Source of the DNA: Carpediemonas membranifera BICM
Taxonomy: Eukaryota; Protista; Fornicata
Reading direction: 5' to 3'
NCBI GenBank assembly: GCA_019828565.1
Contig: JAHDYR010000007.1
Location: 729,333 to 793,332, forward strand
Length of the DNA stretch: 64,000 nt
The stretch's first letter is position 1. The number at the start of each line of letters is the position of its first letter. The notes under the pieces were generated by a model. That model was given only the letters and a program-made list of their open reading frames with translations. It was not told the DNA's origin and did not search any database. A program made the translations under genes and the position numbers. This document shows positions 19,505-30,185 of the stretch, piece after piece.

Positions 19505-22500
19505 TTGACTGGCCCTTCTGAGACCCACAGCCCGAGGGCATATTCTGCACCTCACCACATGAAGGACCTCGGCTTCGTGGACCTCCTCGATCGCTGCTAC
19601 ATTGGAGCTAATGTCGTGGCTCTTGGGAACATTTCCGATGCCGCCGTCCAGGAGTTCGTTCTCTTGATCCGTCGATTCAGCCACATTGACCTTCAAAGCC
19701 TGCATCCGACGCTTTTCGGCTCCAAGAGCCCATTCCTTTACGCCACTGGCAAGAACCAGTATCTACACTACCAGTTCATCCCTGCACATGCCTCCGAGCT
19801 GCTCCACCACACCCCATTCGTGGAGGACTACCCCGTCTCGGCCATCAGCGAGGACCTGCACAAGACGAGCGCCGTCCGCCTCATAATCGGTGTTATGACT
19901 GCTGAAACCGCGCGGACAGACGACCGAGCCCGTCAGAAGTGGGCAGCCCTAGTCGGCAGCGGCCCGACCCACGCCCGCCTCTTCATCGTGAACTGTGCCC
20001 CCTCTGTGGACGACAGGCCGCTGTGGGAAGAGGTGCTAGTCGACCACACCAGCAGCAACACGACCGTGAACCTGCGAGACAGCGTCGTGCACGTACCCGT
20101 GACCGACTTTGTCCAGATGACGAACTTCGTCGAGACCATCATGACAGACGTCAGCGAGCGAATGTACATGTCCCTCCAGACCCTGTTTGAGGCTGTCAGG
20201 TCGATGGAGTCGACCCCGGTGACGATCCTAGACGAGGTGTCGAGGTCTGGGCTCAAGAGGAGGAAGGCCGGCCGCATAGCAAAGCATCTGGGCGATATCA
20301 GCCTCCTCGCCGGGTCGCCGAGGGACGCGCTCCACTACTACAACAGCGCGGCCGCCGAGCTAGCAGGCTCTGATCCGCTCTGGCACGCGGCAGCGCTCGA
20401 GAGCGAGACGGCGGCCGTGCTCGTCGACAGCGCCACGTCACTGCTCGTCCCGCCCTTCTCCCCGACGTATATCCCCCCGGCCTCCACGGAGAGCACCATC
20501 CAGGCCCACCTGGAGGAAGCGATCGCCCAGTATGACTCGGTAGGCGCCGTCGCACGGGCGTTTTCATCTACTGCTGCCCTAAAACTGCTCGTGTTCAAAA
20601 CGGGCGAGCTCCGGCATCCGCTGCGGAACGTGGTCTTCCAGTACTCCGGGGACGCCCGCCCAGGCACGACCGCCCACAAGACACTGGATCCCGACACCCG
20701 GCGGGCCATTGGCCAGCAGCTGTCGGATATCGTCAGCAACGCCAGCCTGATCAACAACACGGACGACCGTACGGCGGTTCTGGTCGGGATAGCAGGCCTC
20801 GCATCGCGGCTGGGGTTCAAGCGCAAGGCCGCGCTGGTGCACTGGCTGGTGTTCTCGGACCCGGCCTGCTCGGACCCCACCGTCGGCTCGATCACGGAGG
20901 ATGAGACGGCCCGCGACTCCCGCCGCCTCTCCCGGTCGTCCTCCAGGTCCTCGAGGTCGTCCCGGTCGACGCTCGGCTTCCCACTCGCCTCCCACGAGCA
21001 CCAGCGTCTTGCCGTCGCCATCCTGCCCCGGCTGGTCCCCGTGTACGGCCTCGACTTCATCATCGACCCGGCCAAGAGAGATCTCCACGCCAACGGCCGG
21101 TGGGATCAGATGGCCCGGGCGCTGCTCGTTACACTCGTCAAGGTCCACCGCGCAGTCGGATACTCAACCTCCGCCGCGAGGATCGCGCTGGCCATGCTCA
21201 TTGCCTGCACCGACCTCCCCCGTGGCGACCAGGCGGTGTTGTTCGACGTCATCTCCGAGCATGTCACACAGCCCCGCGCCGGACCCGTGTTTGCAGGGGG
21301 CGGCACCCGGCCCACGCTGAGCACCAAGACGCTGTTCCCGGTCCAGGCGCCCATGCTCTCCTTCGTGCGCGTCCACTCGTCATCCGTGTCGAGACCGCGG
21401 CCGCTCAAGTCGGGCCCGCTGCTGGTGGAGCGGACGGAGACGCACGCCTTCCCCCACTGGGTATGCGGGATGATCGGGGTCATCAGCGTGGACATCAACA
21501 ACCACTGGGCATTCCCGGTCGCTCTGGCTGACTTCCACGTCAAGCTCGACAGCCCCAGCGTCACTCTGACCATCGTGACTCCAACCAAAGTCACACTGCC
21601 GCCGAACCGGGTCACCACCATCAAGATCTCATGCCACGTCACAGCCCACAAGATGGCAGACTTCGCCCGAGTCTCGCTCCGCTCCATCACGGCCTCGCTC
21701 AACGGTTTCCAGTCGCTAGACCTCTTCCACCCCAACACTCTCGTCAGGTTCGACGTCTTCCCGACTCTACCGAGCGCGGAGGTCGCCTTGACCACGTACA
21801 CGATCATCAACCAGTCGACCCGCGTGGTGTCACTGCCACTGACACTGCCGGTCGAGTGTAAGGTCACGCCAGACCTGTCCACAGTCAAGGTGAGCTCGGC
21901 ACATCTGGAGAAGGGCATTGTCCGACTCCACAGCGCAGTCATTGTGTCAGATCCTAGCTGCTCGTGCAAGTCGAGCCTCGAGCTCACGATTATTGCAGAC
22001 TCTGGGACAAAGATCGTGTCTCCCGTGCCGGTCGAGCTCCAAATGACCATGGACCTTGCGGTCGACACATTCTTTGTCCAGCAAGATATTGTAGTGAATC
22101 TATTGCTCGCCCCCGGCCCCGAGATCGTATCTAGTAGCATCCGTCGGATCACGGACGATGGTGTTGTCGTCATCGCCGAGGTCTCCTCCGCCTCAAATGT
22201 CCAGCTGCGCTGCTTCATCGACAAAGAGACGGGGAGCTTATTCGGGGACGGCGCCGTCGTCAGCCGGGCGGGCATCATGCTACACATCAAGCGGACGCCG
22301 CAGCAGGTGCTCGATTTCGTGTCGGGGAACGCCAAGCTATTCGATGGCGACGTACAGCTGTACTGGGAGGCGACGGCCGCGTGCAGGGGAGCTTTCGTGC
22401 TTGAGGATCCGGAGATGGACTCGACCGAGAACTTGCTCTATAGATCTTGCGCCGAATCTAGCTTTGTCAGTCCGCTGTCTAGATCTTTGGATACAAAACT

Positions 22501-22846
22501 CGAATTCCCGGATACAGTTGAACCGTTTTCTCAAGTCGATGTCAGGCTGACCGTGACAAATAAGGCTGCTTGCGGTCAGAAGATTGTCGGCTGGGTCATG
22601 CCGCTTGTTCCAGGGACGCCGGCACGCCAGAACTCGCCCGAGCTAACCCATACGGTCGTCTGGTGTGGCACGTATCATTTTGAGGCTACAATAGATTCGA
22701 ACGGGACTTGTGAGATCATCAAGTCAATGATTTTGGTACACGGAGGGAGATATGACATGACTGCTCTTGTCACGAGTGTGGAAGGGGATGCGCTCTGGAG
22801 CAACGTGCCCGTTGTGGCGATGAAGCCGCTCGTCTGCTCCGGGTGA
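19505..22846 (+). CDS. TRAPPC9: TRAPP II subunit TRAPPC9/Trs120
   Basis: Hallmark KRRKAGRIAKHLGDISLLAGSPRDALHYY...DPLWHAAALE and RLGFKRKAA; ~1100 aa. Exact start uncertain. Confidence 0.85.
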   Translation: MTGPSETHSPRAYSAPHHMKDLGFVDLLDRCYIGANVVALGNISDAAVQEFVLLIRRFSHIDLQSLHPTLFGSKSPFLYATGKNQYLHYQFIPAHASELLHHTPFVEDYPVSAISEDLHKTSAVRLIIGVMTAETARTDDRARQKWAALVGSGPTHARLFIVNCAPSVDDRPLWEEVLVDHTSSNTTVNLRDSVVHVPVTDFVQMTNFVETIMTDVSERMYMSLQTLFEAVRSMESTPVTILDEVSRSGLKRRKAGRIAKHLGDISLLAGSPRDALHYYNSAAAELAGSDPLWHAAALESETAAVLVDSATSLLVPPFSPTYIPPASTESTIQAHLEEAIAQYDSVGAVARAFSSTAALKLLVFKTGELRHPLRNVVFQYSGDARPGTTAHKTLDPDTRRAIGQQLSDIVSNASLINNTDDRTAVLVGIAGLASRLGFKRKAALVHWLVFSDPACSDPTVGSITEDETARDSRRLSRSSSRSSRSSRSTLGFPLASHEHQRLAVAILPRLVPVYGLDFIIDPAKRDLHANGRWDQMARALLVTLVKVHRAVGYSTSAARIALAMLIACTDLPRGDQAVLFDVISEHVTQPRAGPVFAGGGTRPTLSTKTLFPVQAPMLSFVRVHSSSVSRPRPLKSGPLLVERTETHAFPHWVCGMIGVISVDINNHWAFPVALADFHVKLDSPSVTLTIVTPTKVTLPPNRVTTIKISCHVTAHKMADFARVSLRSITASLNGFQSLDLFHPNTLVRFDVFPTLPSAEVALTTYTIINQSTRVVSLPLTLPVECKVTPDLSTVKVSSAHLEKGIVRLHSAVIVSDPSCSCKSSLELTIIADSGTKIVSPVPVELQMTMDLAVDTFFVQQDIVVNLLLAPGPEIVSSSIRRITDDGVVVIAEVSSASNVQLRCFIDKETGSLFGDGAVVSRAGIMLHIKRTPQQVLDFVSGNAKLFDGDVQLYWEATAACRGAFVLEDPEMDSTENLLYRSCAESSFVSPLSRSLDTKLEFPDTVEPFSQVDVRLTVTNKAACGQKIVGWVMPLVPGTPARQNSPELTHTVVWCGTYHFEATIDSNGTCEIIKSMILVHGGRYDMTALVTSVEGDALWSNVPVVAMKPLVCSG

Positions 22847-22975
22847 GGTTTTGGGGCATGGTTTGATTCATCAACGTTATTTTACCAATCCTGGTTTAAA
22901 TTATTTGGTATCTCCCAACGATGGACCGCTCAATCTTAAACAAAACTTTACTGCAGCGATATGTGACCAAGCCCC

Positions 22976-24982
22976 TCAAACAAACTCAAACATCGGCAAC
23001 TTGAAGAAGCCGGCGTCCGGGGTCCGCTGCACGGGGACAGGGGTGCAGACCCCCTCCTCGTCGATGCCCAGCATGCCCTGTTCGTTGCTCCCAGCCACGA
23101 AGCACCCTTCATCACCGATGAACGCCGTCGCGTCGCCCGCACTGTAGATGGTGCAGATACTCCCGGGGTCATCGAGCCGCACGGGAGTCGTCTCGGCAAC
23201 CACGTTGCTGCGGCCACCCACCCCGAGCTGTCCGAGCTGGTTGTCACCCCGAGCGAGCCATTGGCCGGTGTCCTCGCGCTGGACGAAGAGGCCACGGCCA
23301 CCGAGGGCAATGCGGCGAAGGGGGAAGGGGAACGTGACCTCAACTGGATCTAGGATCTCATCGCGATCTACTGGGAACTGGCGGTCAAAGTTCTGACCGC
23401 ACACAAAGATTCGCCGACCACAGAGGAAGATTGTGCTGTCTCCATCAGAGATACAGCCAGAGATCTCACCCTCGATCTTCGTCACGAGAGTCGGCTCTGC
23501 GATCCCGGTCTCCTCCTCCAACGGCAGCCCAAGCTGGCCGCGGGACATGCCGCAACCGTAGCACTTGCCGTCTGTCGTCAGGAAAGAAGCCGACCACGGT
23601 CCGCCGACCACCGAGCACACCGTGTCGGGCGCGGGGACGATGACGGGGGTGAAGCTCGTGGTCTGATCGAAGGACCCAATGCCGAGCTGGCCGACGTCGT
23701 TGGAGCCGCATGCGAGGAGCTCACCGTCGTCGGTCCAGGCGAAGGTTGACATGTAGTCGGAGTGAACGCGCGATATCCGACCAGACCCGGGTACCGGCTG
23801 CGGTGTGTGGACGATCGCCACATGCCCGAGCCCCAGCTGGCCAGAGTAGTTGGTGCCGCACGAGAACCAGCCGGCGTCGGTCTTGACGAAGACAGCCATG
23901 TGGGAAACACAGACGTCGACCACGCGGACGTGCTGGGGGAGCGGTACACGGTGGGGCGCGTGTACGATACGGTCGGGGAGGCCCAGGCCGAGCTTTCCAC
24001 CGTTGTTGTTGCCGAATGCGAAGAGACCTCTGTCGGTGACCACAAAAGTCGATCCAAAGTCAGATATCACGCGACACACTCTGCCAGGCAATCTGATCCA
24101 CTTATATTTGACCGCCCAAGCGTGTGTGACGGCGCCCGACTGCCCCATCAGGTTGTTGCCCCTGGTGATGAGTCGGTGGGCTGTGATGAAGAACTGCGTA
24201 TGATCGTACGTGATTGGCTTGAAGGAGGAGTAGAGGAGCTTGTAAATGCCGTACATCGACCTGTTTTGGATGAGGTACGTCGGGTCAAGGCCCGCATGGA
24301 CGAAGAGGATGGGGAAAGTCGACGTCTTGACCGTCGCCACGACGTCGTCGAGGAGGTACTGCTCGGACTTGAGCTTATCTATCCTGCTGGGGTCGAAGTC
24401 ATGGATGAATAGCACCTGCTTCAGCAATCGGATGCAGAAGCTAAGTGAGTTGGAGAACGCCGGGTCTATCTTGTCACCGCCGGATTCCTGGACGGCAATG
24501 AACTTGTCTAGAATGCTCTGGAACTCCACTATGCCGCTGAACTCGGCCACTGGGATGTAGTCGGGGTCCGCTGTGAAGGGGGGGATGGCGAGGGACAGAG
24601 AGGCCAGGCCAGCACGGAGCGTGTTGTCGAGCTTGGAAATAAACGATTTGACATGCTTGAGATCGTTTCCGTCGGTTACCATGACCGATCGACGGGCGAG
24701 AATCTCGGTTTCATGGGCGCGAAGAAAAGCTCTGACATTGCCCAGATGGGGGATGATTTCATGGAGAACTGGCTGCATTATCTTGCTCTTTAGCTGATCT
24801 GAAGCGTCTTTGATCCCGTCAAGGTCGCTAGCAGCCTCTGTGAGCTGGGAAATGATACTAGTCAGCGACCTTAGTCCTTCGTCATCGAATTCGCCAACAA
24901 AACGTTCGAGAGCTGCTTTAGCAGCATTTAGGCTGGCTTTAGCGTCCTTAAAGGAGACCGCCATTCCAGATATGCTCGCCAT
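22976..24982 (-). CDS. RCC1/BLIP-II repeat protein with N-terminal helical region
   Basis: Repeated G.N..GQLG.G motifs. Confidence 0.85.
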   Translation of the reverse strand: MASISGMAVSFKDAKASLNAAKAALERFVGEFDDEGLRSLTSIISQLTEAASDLDGIKDASDQLKSKIMQPVLHEIIPHLGNVRAFLRAHETEILARRSVMVTDGNDLKHVKSFISKLDNTLRAGLASLSLAIPPFTADPDYIPVAEFSGIVEFQSILDKFIAVQESGGDKIDPAFSNSLSFCIRLLKQVLFIHDFDPSRIDKLKSEQYLLDDVVATVKTSTFPILFVHAGLDPTYLIQNRSMYGIYKLLYSSFKPITYDHTQFFITAHRLITRGNNLMGQSGAVTHAWAVKYKWIRLPGRVCRVISDFGSTFVVTDRGLFAFGNNNGGKLGLGLPDRIVHAPHRVPLPQHVRVVDVCVSHMAVFVKTDAGWFSCGTNYSGQLGLGHVAIVHTPQPVPGSGRISRVHSDYMSTFAWTDDGELLACGSNDVGQLGIGSFDQTTSFTPVIVPAPDTVCSVVGGPWSASFLTTDGKCYGCGMSRGQLGLPLEEETGIAEPTLVTKIEGEISGCISDGDSTIFLCGRRIFVCGQNFDRQFPVDRDEILDPVEVTFPFPLRRIALGGRGLFVQREDTGQWLARGDNQLGQLGVGGRSNVVAETTPVRLDDPGSICTIYSAGDATAFIGDEGCFVAGSNEQGMLGIDEEGVCTPVPVQRTPDAGFFKLPMFEFV

Positions 24983-25138
24983 GCTCGCTTTCGATGGCAG
25001 TCCCTTAACCTGCGATTGGCCCAAACGACGGCGATCCAGCCGAACTGGTTCGAACTAGGCCCGTCACTCCACTCATTGAAGTGCCTTGGCAGGGCAATGT
25101 AACAGTTGATACCATCCCGCACTTTAGCACGGTTTTGA

Positions 25139-26773
25139 TCACGGTTGTGAGGGCGACCACGGATCAACGTCGACTGGGATGATGTCCTCCCATCGGTCGG
25201 GCGCCATATCCTCTCGCATGCAGGCCACACGGCCCCCCTCATAGGCCTTGAACGACTGGCCCGACTGGTTTCGGAAACACCTGTCTGACCCCCCGAACGC
25301 CGTTGCCTCGAATGGGGCTGACAGCAGACAACTTCTACGCCATGCGTGAGTGATGCCCTCGCTAACCCAGACGACCCAGCTTGAAAGCAGGAACCCCGTA
25401 ACCCTCGCCCGAAACCTCAGGGGGGTCGGGTTGGGGCAGACATCGCCAACACTGAGGCCGGGCAGCAGTCCCGAATAGCGGATCAGGCGAGGTATCGCGC
25501 CTGCAAAAAACAGCTGACGACTACCAGCGAAGATGCAGTAGCTCTGGGCCGCGATAATGACCCGGTCGACGGAGACGCCGGTCACCTCAAACCCCCGAAT
25601 CGTCCGGTCATGGCCGAGCCCCAGTCGGCCGCGCCTGTTCTCACCGCTGATCAGTTGTTGATCACCCATGGAGAGGATGACTGTCAAGCTGCATTGAATA
25701 ATGCGATCTGGGACAAAACCAGGGGGAACGGCGACTGGGTGGAAGAGGTGCTCTCCACTCCCGGTGAATTGGGTGGATCTGCTGCCGGCCATGACAGTTC
25801 CTCGGGGAGTGAGGATGAAGGTGCGACCGTGGCACAATGACACAGCTGTCACAAACTGATGTTTGGCCCACGGTGCCAACCCAGCTTCCAGCTCAGCCAC
25901 CTTGGGGCATAGTGGGAAGGTGAGGCGGGTCGGGTCGACGAAACCATCTGACATGAACCCCAGCTGACCCTTACTGCTATTCCCCCAGCCCCACAGGCCC
26001 TTGGGCGTCCTGGCGATGTGGGTGAACTCATCGCTGTAGACCTCAAGGGCCCTGGGCATCCTGGCCCTTATGAATGAAGGGCGCAAAGGACAGTGGCGCA
26101 TGAGGAGTCGGCCCATGTAACGGTGGTGCTGATAGTGCAGGCCGAACCACAGCTTCTCGTAGCTCTCACAGTCTCTATTGGCTACGTTCAACCTGAATAG
26201 GAACTTCTTGCATAGCATCCAGGGGCGCTTGGCCTCTGGCCCCTGTGCCCCGCTAACCTGCGCCAAGAGCGGCGACCCGTCCGGAGTCTGGTCTTCAAGC
26301 AACAGTGACGCAGCATCGAACGGTTCATTCTGTTTGATGTTGGCGAGCACGCTGTCCTCGAGGTCTGGGGTCGCTCCGCTCGCCATGAGGATGGCCCAGA
26401 GAGTGCCCTGGTTCAGCGTGTGCAGGGCGACCGGGAGCTCCTCGCCCTCCGCGAGCTCGATGTTCATGGACAGCGGGGGGCCGTCTGCGAGGATCGAGCG
26501 GGCGCGGTCGAGGAGAACTTGTGCGGTCGGAGCGAGAGGGGGGATCTCTGAGAGCATGGCGATGAGGGATTCGAGCATAGTAGTGTCAGCTGGTGGAGAA
26601 TGCGACCCTGCATTGCGAATTGAGTGCATATTCTCGTGGAAGTGCCTGGAGTAGGCATGAGCGAGGAGACTGGGGATGTCTCCGGGGATCCTGGCCGTAG
26701 CGGCGGTGGAAAGCTGATATGCGGCGATCAACGCCGCTTTGACGTCAACTGGCACAGAAATTGGAGCGTCCAT
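25139..26773 (-). CDS. RCC1-repeat protein, lineage-specific family
   Basis: GWGNSSKGQLG and GENRRGRLGLGH; N-terminal domain shared with 33429-35015. Confidence 0.8.
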   Translation of the reverse strand: MDAPISVPVDVKAALIAAYQLSTAATARIPGDIPSLLAHAYSRHFHENMHSIRNAGSHSPPADTTMLESLIAMLSEIPPLAPTAQVLLDRARSILADGPPLSMNIELAEGEELPVALHTLNQGTLWAILMASGATPDLEDSVLANIKQNEPFDAASLLLEDQTPDGSPLLAQVSGAQGPEAKRPWMLCKKFLFRLNVANRDCESYEKLWFGLHYQHHRYMGRLLMRHCPLRPSFIRARMPRALEVYSDEFTHIARTPKGLWGWGNSSKGQLGFMSDGFVDPTRLTFPLCPKVAELEAGLAPWAKHQFVTAVSLCHGRTFILTPRGTVMAGSRSTQFTGSGEHLFHPVAVPPGFVPDRIIQCSLTVILSMGDQQLISGENRRGRLGLGHDRTIRGFEVTGVSVDRVIIAAQSYCIFAGSRQLFFAGAIPRLIRYSGLLPGLSVGDVCPNPTPLRFRARVTGFLLSSWVVWVSEGITHAWRRSCLLSAPFEATAFGGSDRCFRNQSGQSFKAYEGGRVACMREDMAPDRWEDIIPVDVDPWSPSQP

Positions 26774-26849
26774 GCTTCTAAGCGCTCAGTCTGCTCGTCG
26801 CTATCTTGTGCTGGAGTCGGGACTCGCCGACCCCCGCCGGCTGACATGC

Positions 26850-27033
26850 TGCGGACGCCGAGCCCGACGCCCTCCTCGTTGCCGTAGACCTGGGCTGAGA
26901 CGATGTGGCGGTAGCCCATGGCGACGGCGGCCTTGACGGCCTCAGCGGCGTCGGCAATCATCCAGGTGCCGAGCCCGAGCTTCGGGATGGCGTTGCCGTT
27001 AGAGAGTGTGTATTTATGTTCGAGGATGCTCAT
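26850..27033 (-). pseudogene. Aldo-keto reductase 5' fragment, fused to the RCC1-gene upstream region
   Basis: IPKLGLGTW...GYRHI.SAQVYGNEEGVG; AKR similarity stops after GVR. Confidence 0.85.
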
Positions 27034-27183
27034 TTGCTATCTTCTGTGCTTCTAGATCTCTTGATCATCACATCACCAACGTCGCACGCACTTCACGAAA
27101 TCAACTGATGCCCGAGGCGAGCGACGCGTGATCGGCCGACCCGCGCCAGACAGAGCTAGGCAAAGTGCTTTACAAACGTAAAC

Positions 27184-27974
27184 TTAAACGGCAGTGTAGC
27201 CGCCGTCGATGGGGAGGGCGATGCCGGTGACGTACGAGGCCTCCTCGCTGGCCAGGAAGATGGCGCCGGGATTGATCTCGCCCTCCTTGCCCCAGCGGAG
27301 CATGGGGACGGAGGCCTTGCAGTAGTTGTCGAACATCTCGGTCTCCATGAAGTCCTCGGTCAGCTCGGTGGTGAAGAAGCCGGGGCAGATGGCGTTGCAC
27401 GTGATGTTGTACTTGGCGAGCTCGGCAGCGACGGCGCGGGTGAAGTTGATGACGCCACCCTTGGAGGCGTGGTAGGCGGGGGCCTCGAGGACCTTGTTGC
27501 CGACCAGGCCGTAGATGGACGCGATGTTGATGATGCGGCCGTAGTTGTGCTTCTTCATGATGTTGCCGAAGGCGCGGGTCACGAGGAAGACGGACTTGAG
27601 GTCGACGTCGATGGTGAAGTCCCAATCCTCGTCGGTCATGTCGAGGCAGCCGCCGTTCTTGCTGGCGCCGGCGTTGTTGACGAGGATGTCGACCTTGCCG
27701 AACTTCTCCTCAGCGGCCTTGGCGGCGGCGTTGACGGACTCGGTGGACGTGACGTCGCACTTGATGCAGAGGCTCTCGGCGTTGTACTTCTCCTTGAGGA
27801 TCTTGGCGAGGGCCTCGCACTTCTCCACGCGGCGGGCCATGAGGACGAGGGCGGCGCCCTGCTGGGCAAAGGAATCAGCCATCTGCGTAAGGGGGCGCTG
27901 CGGTGACAAACCTGGTAGCCGAGGCCGGAGGAGGCGCCAGTGATAGCAACAACACGGTTATCGAAGCGGAACAT
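27184..27974 (-). CDS. Short-chain dehydrogenase/reductase (gluconate-5-DH/KduD-like), copy 1, 29-nt intron
   Basis: TGASSGLG | intron | NNAG, YHASKG, IDGG. Confidence 0.9.
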
Positions 27975-28461
27975 GGATGTTTGGGATAGTTTCACGAAGC
28001 GGTGAACAAGTGGAGACGATTGGGGGCCCTTACGTCCATAGCGTATCGCATCGCATCTTCGAACGCGAATCAAGATGCCGAGTTTGACGAAGGCAGAAAA
28101 TCGGGCGTAATTTCGCCGTCACGAGCGGCATGCCCTGAAAACAGCGCAGCTCAGCTCCCAGAGGCATCAATCAAATTCCGCAGTTTATGCATCAGCCTTA
28201 GCCTGCACTTTTCCATCGATTACAACGTGACGTTTCGATTCTGCGCGCATAAACTGCACCAACTAAACTGCGCGGTGTTTGGAATGGGAATTCGGATGGG
28301 AAGTGGAGGATGTTCGAGGATTGCTGTAATCAGTACATGCAATGCTGCTCAGATGATGCAGACAGGCGGCTGAGGCATCGTCCTGGGCAATGGTCAGCAT
28401 GATCGTTGCCACAAACTGCACATTTATACAAAGCACCGCCAGCCACTCCAGCGGCCCCCTC

Positions 28462-30066
28462 TCACTCCTCTGAAGCCGCCAGGTAGTCGCCGATCTCATC
28501 CTGCACGGCGATGCACTTCTCGATGGCTCTGATGTAGACGAGGGGGTGGTGGTGGATGAGACAGGACTTGTGGACGACCAGCTTTCCAAACGACTCGTTG
28601 TCCACCTTATGGGCGAAGAGGTACTCCTTGTTCAAGCCGGCTAGGAGGCGCATTGCGTCCGTCAGGGGGTTCTGGAGGATCTCCCGGACCGGGAAGGGCT
28701 CGTCGACCCCGGGAGCCTGGGGCGAGGGGTGCCCCGCCTCCCTGTACGCCTCGACTCCGCGCCGCAGGGCCTCAGCGTCGGCCTTGGCCAGCCCGCTGAT
28801 CCTGATGGCCCGGCCGGCGGGCAGGAGCGGGGCGAGCTCGATCTCAGCCAGATCGTTTACCTCACCCTCGCTCATGACGTCCGCCAGCCTTTCGAGCACG
28901 CCACTGAGGGAGAAGCCCTCGAGGGCCCCGCCCCGGACCTCGCCCTCCTCGACGTTCACTGCGGCCGGCCTGGCTGCACGACTGCGCTTGTGCTGCATCA
29001 GCTCGTACTTCTTCTGCAGGTGCCTGTGGATGAGCCTGTGGACGACATGGGGCTGGAACCCGTGGCCGATGGAGGGGGGGTCGGCCTGCTCGAGCACGCT
29101 GATCACATCATCGGCAAGCCTCTTCACAGACTCGTAGGAGAGGCGCGGGACGATGTCTGTGCTGGTGGCGAGGGACGTGACGATCTCCTTGCTGCGATCG
29201 ACCAGATCGGCGCTGAACACGCTGGGGCAGGCGTAGGCGAAGCAGCGCACGTTGAACTCGTCCTTCAGCATCATCGCAAGAATGGAGCCAACGCTGGCAC
29301 CGAGCGAGTGCCCAGTGATCGTCACAGGGTAGTCTGCCCCCCTCACCGCCACCACGCGTCGCAGCTCATCCCGGATCTCGTCCACAATGTTCTCCGCTGT
29401 CCGCAGCATCCCCTTGTGGCACTGCCCGCCCATGAAATCTGACGCACTCGCCACGAGGTCCGTGATGGCGTCCGGGACCGACATCGTGCCTCTGACACAA
29501 ACGAGGATCTCCTCTTTGGCCTTGTGGTCCAGAATGAAGTAGGCGCAGCGGAATGCCTCCTGGTGCTCCGGGTAGGAGAGGCAGAGAATGTCCTCGCTGC
29601 GGCCGGTCGTGTGGGCGTTGATGATGGTCGTCACGTGGTCACCGAAAGATCCTCGCGCCCAGTCGACGACTAACGATGCACTCTCGATGATCGATTCGTT
29701 GGCAGCGGCCTGCTGGAGGTCGCCTATGGCTTCTGGGGTGTATACGAAAGAAGCAGAGCCGTAGCTCGCCAGACAGAAGGACATGTACTCGTGGAACTCG
29801 CGAAGTAGGTCTGGGATCACTGTATGCATTGGATTAGGGCACTTGGGGCTCTTAAACTTGGCCGAATTCTGCTTTTTGAGCTCGAACAGTGCGTAGCCGA
29901 CGGCTTCTGGCGGAATGCTGAGCTCGTCAAAGAACGTGGCAAAGGTATCGACAACTTCGGGTATCGCACCAAGACCGATGCGCTTTCCATACTCAATAGC
30001 GCCTTCAATCAGCATATTCATAATCACGATTGTTCTGGCGTAAGCTGCGTTGGTCGCGTTGACCAT
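28462..30066 (-). CDS. Class 3 lipase (DAG-lipase-like)
   Basis: VRGTMSVPDAITD, HKGM, TGHSLG nucleophile elbow and DIVPRLS. Confidence 0.88.
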   Translation of the reverse strand: MVNATNAAYARTIVIMNMLIEGAIEYGKRIGLGAIPEVVDTFATFFDELSIPPEAVGYALFELKKQNSAKFKSPKCPNPMHTVIPDLLREFHEYMSFCLASYGSASFVYTPEAIGDLQQAAANESIIESASLVVDWARGSFGDHVTTIINAHTTGRSEDILCLSYPEHQEAFRCAYFILDHKAKEEILVCVRGTMSVPDAITDLVASASDFMGGQCHKGMLRTAENIVDEIRDELRRVVAVRGADYPVTITGHSLGASVGSILAMMLKDEFNVRCFAYACPSVFSADLVDRSKEIVTSLATSTDIVPRLSYESVKRLADDVISVLEQADPPSIGHGFQPHVVHRLIHRHLQKKYELMQHKRSRAARPAAVNVEEGEVRGGALEGFSLSGVLERLADVMSEGEVNDLAEIELAPLLPAGRAIRISGLAKADAEALRRGVEAYREAGHPSPQAPGVDEPFPVREILQNPLTDAMRLLAGLNKEYLFAHKVDNESFGKLVVHKSCLIHHHPLVYIRAIEKCIAVQDEIGDYLAASEE

Positions 30067-30185
30067 CTTACAGGCCAGCACCGGTACAGAGGCTGACGCA
30101 GACTGCAATGAACGTCGTCTAAGTGCTCTAATTAGCCCAACCCTTCCTCCAAACCTCAACCGCCAATAAAACCAAACTTTACCAC

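Larger units (their letters stand above)
26468..28536 (+). repeat. 2.07-kb segmental duplication (direct copy at 61873-63940)
   Basis: Near-identical by eye; I noticed one intron indel and one SNP. Confidence 0.93.
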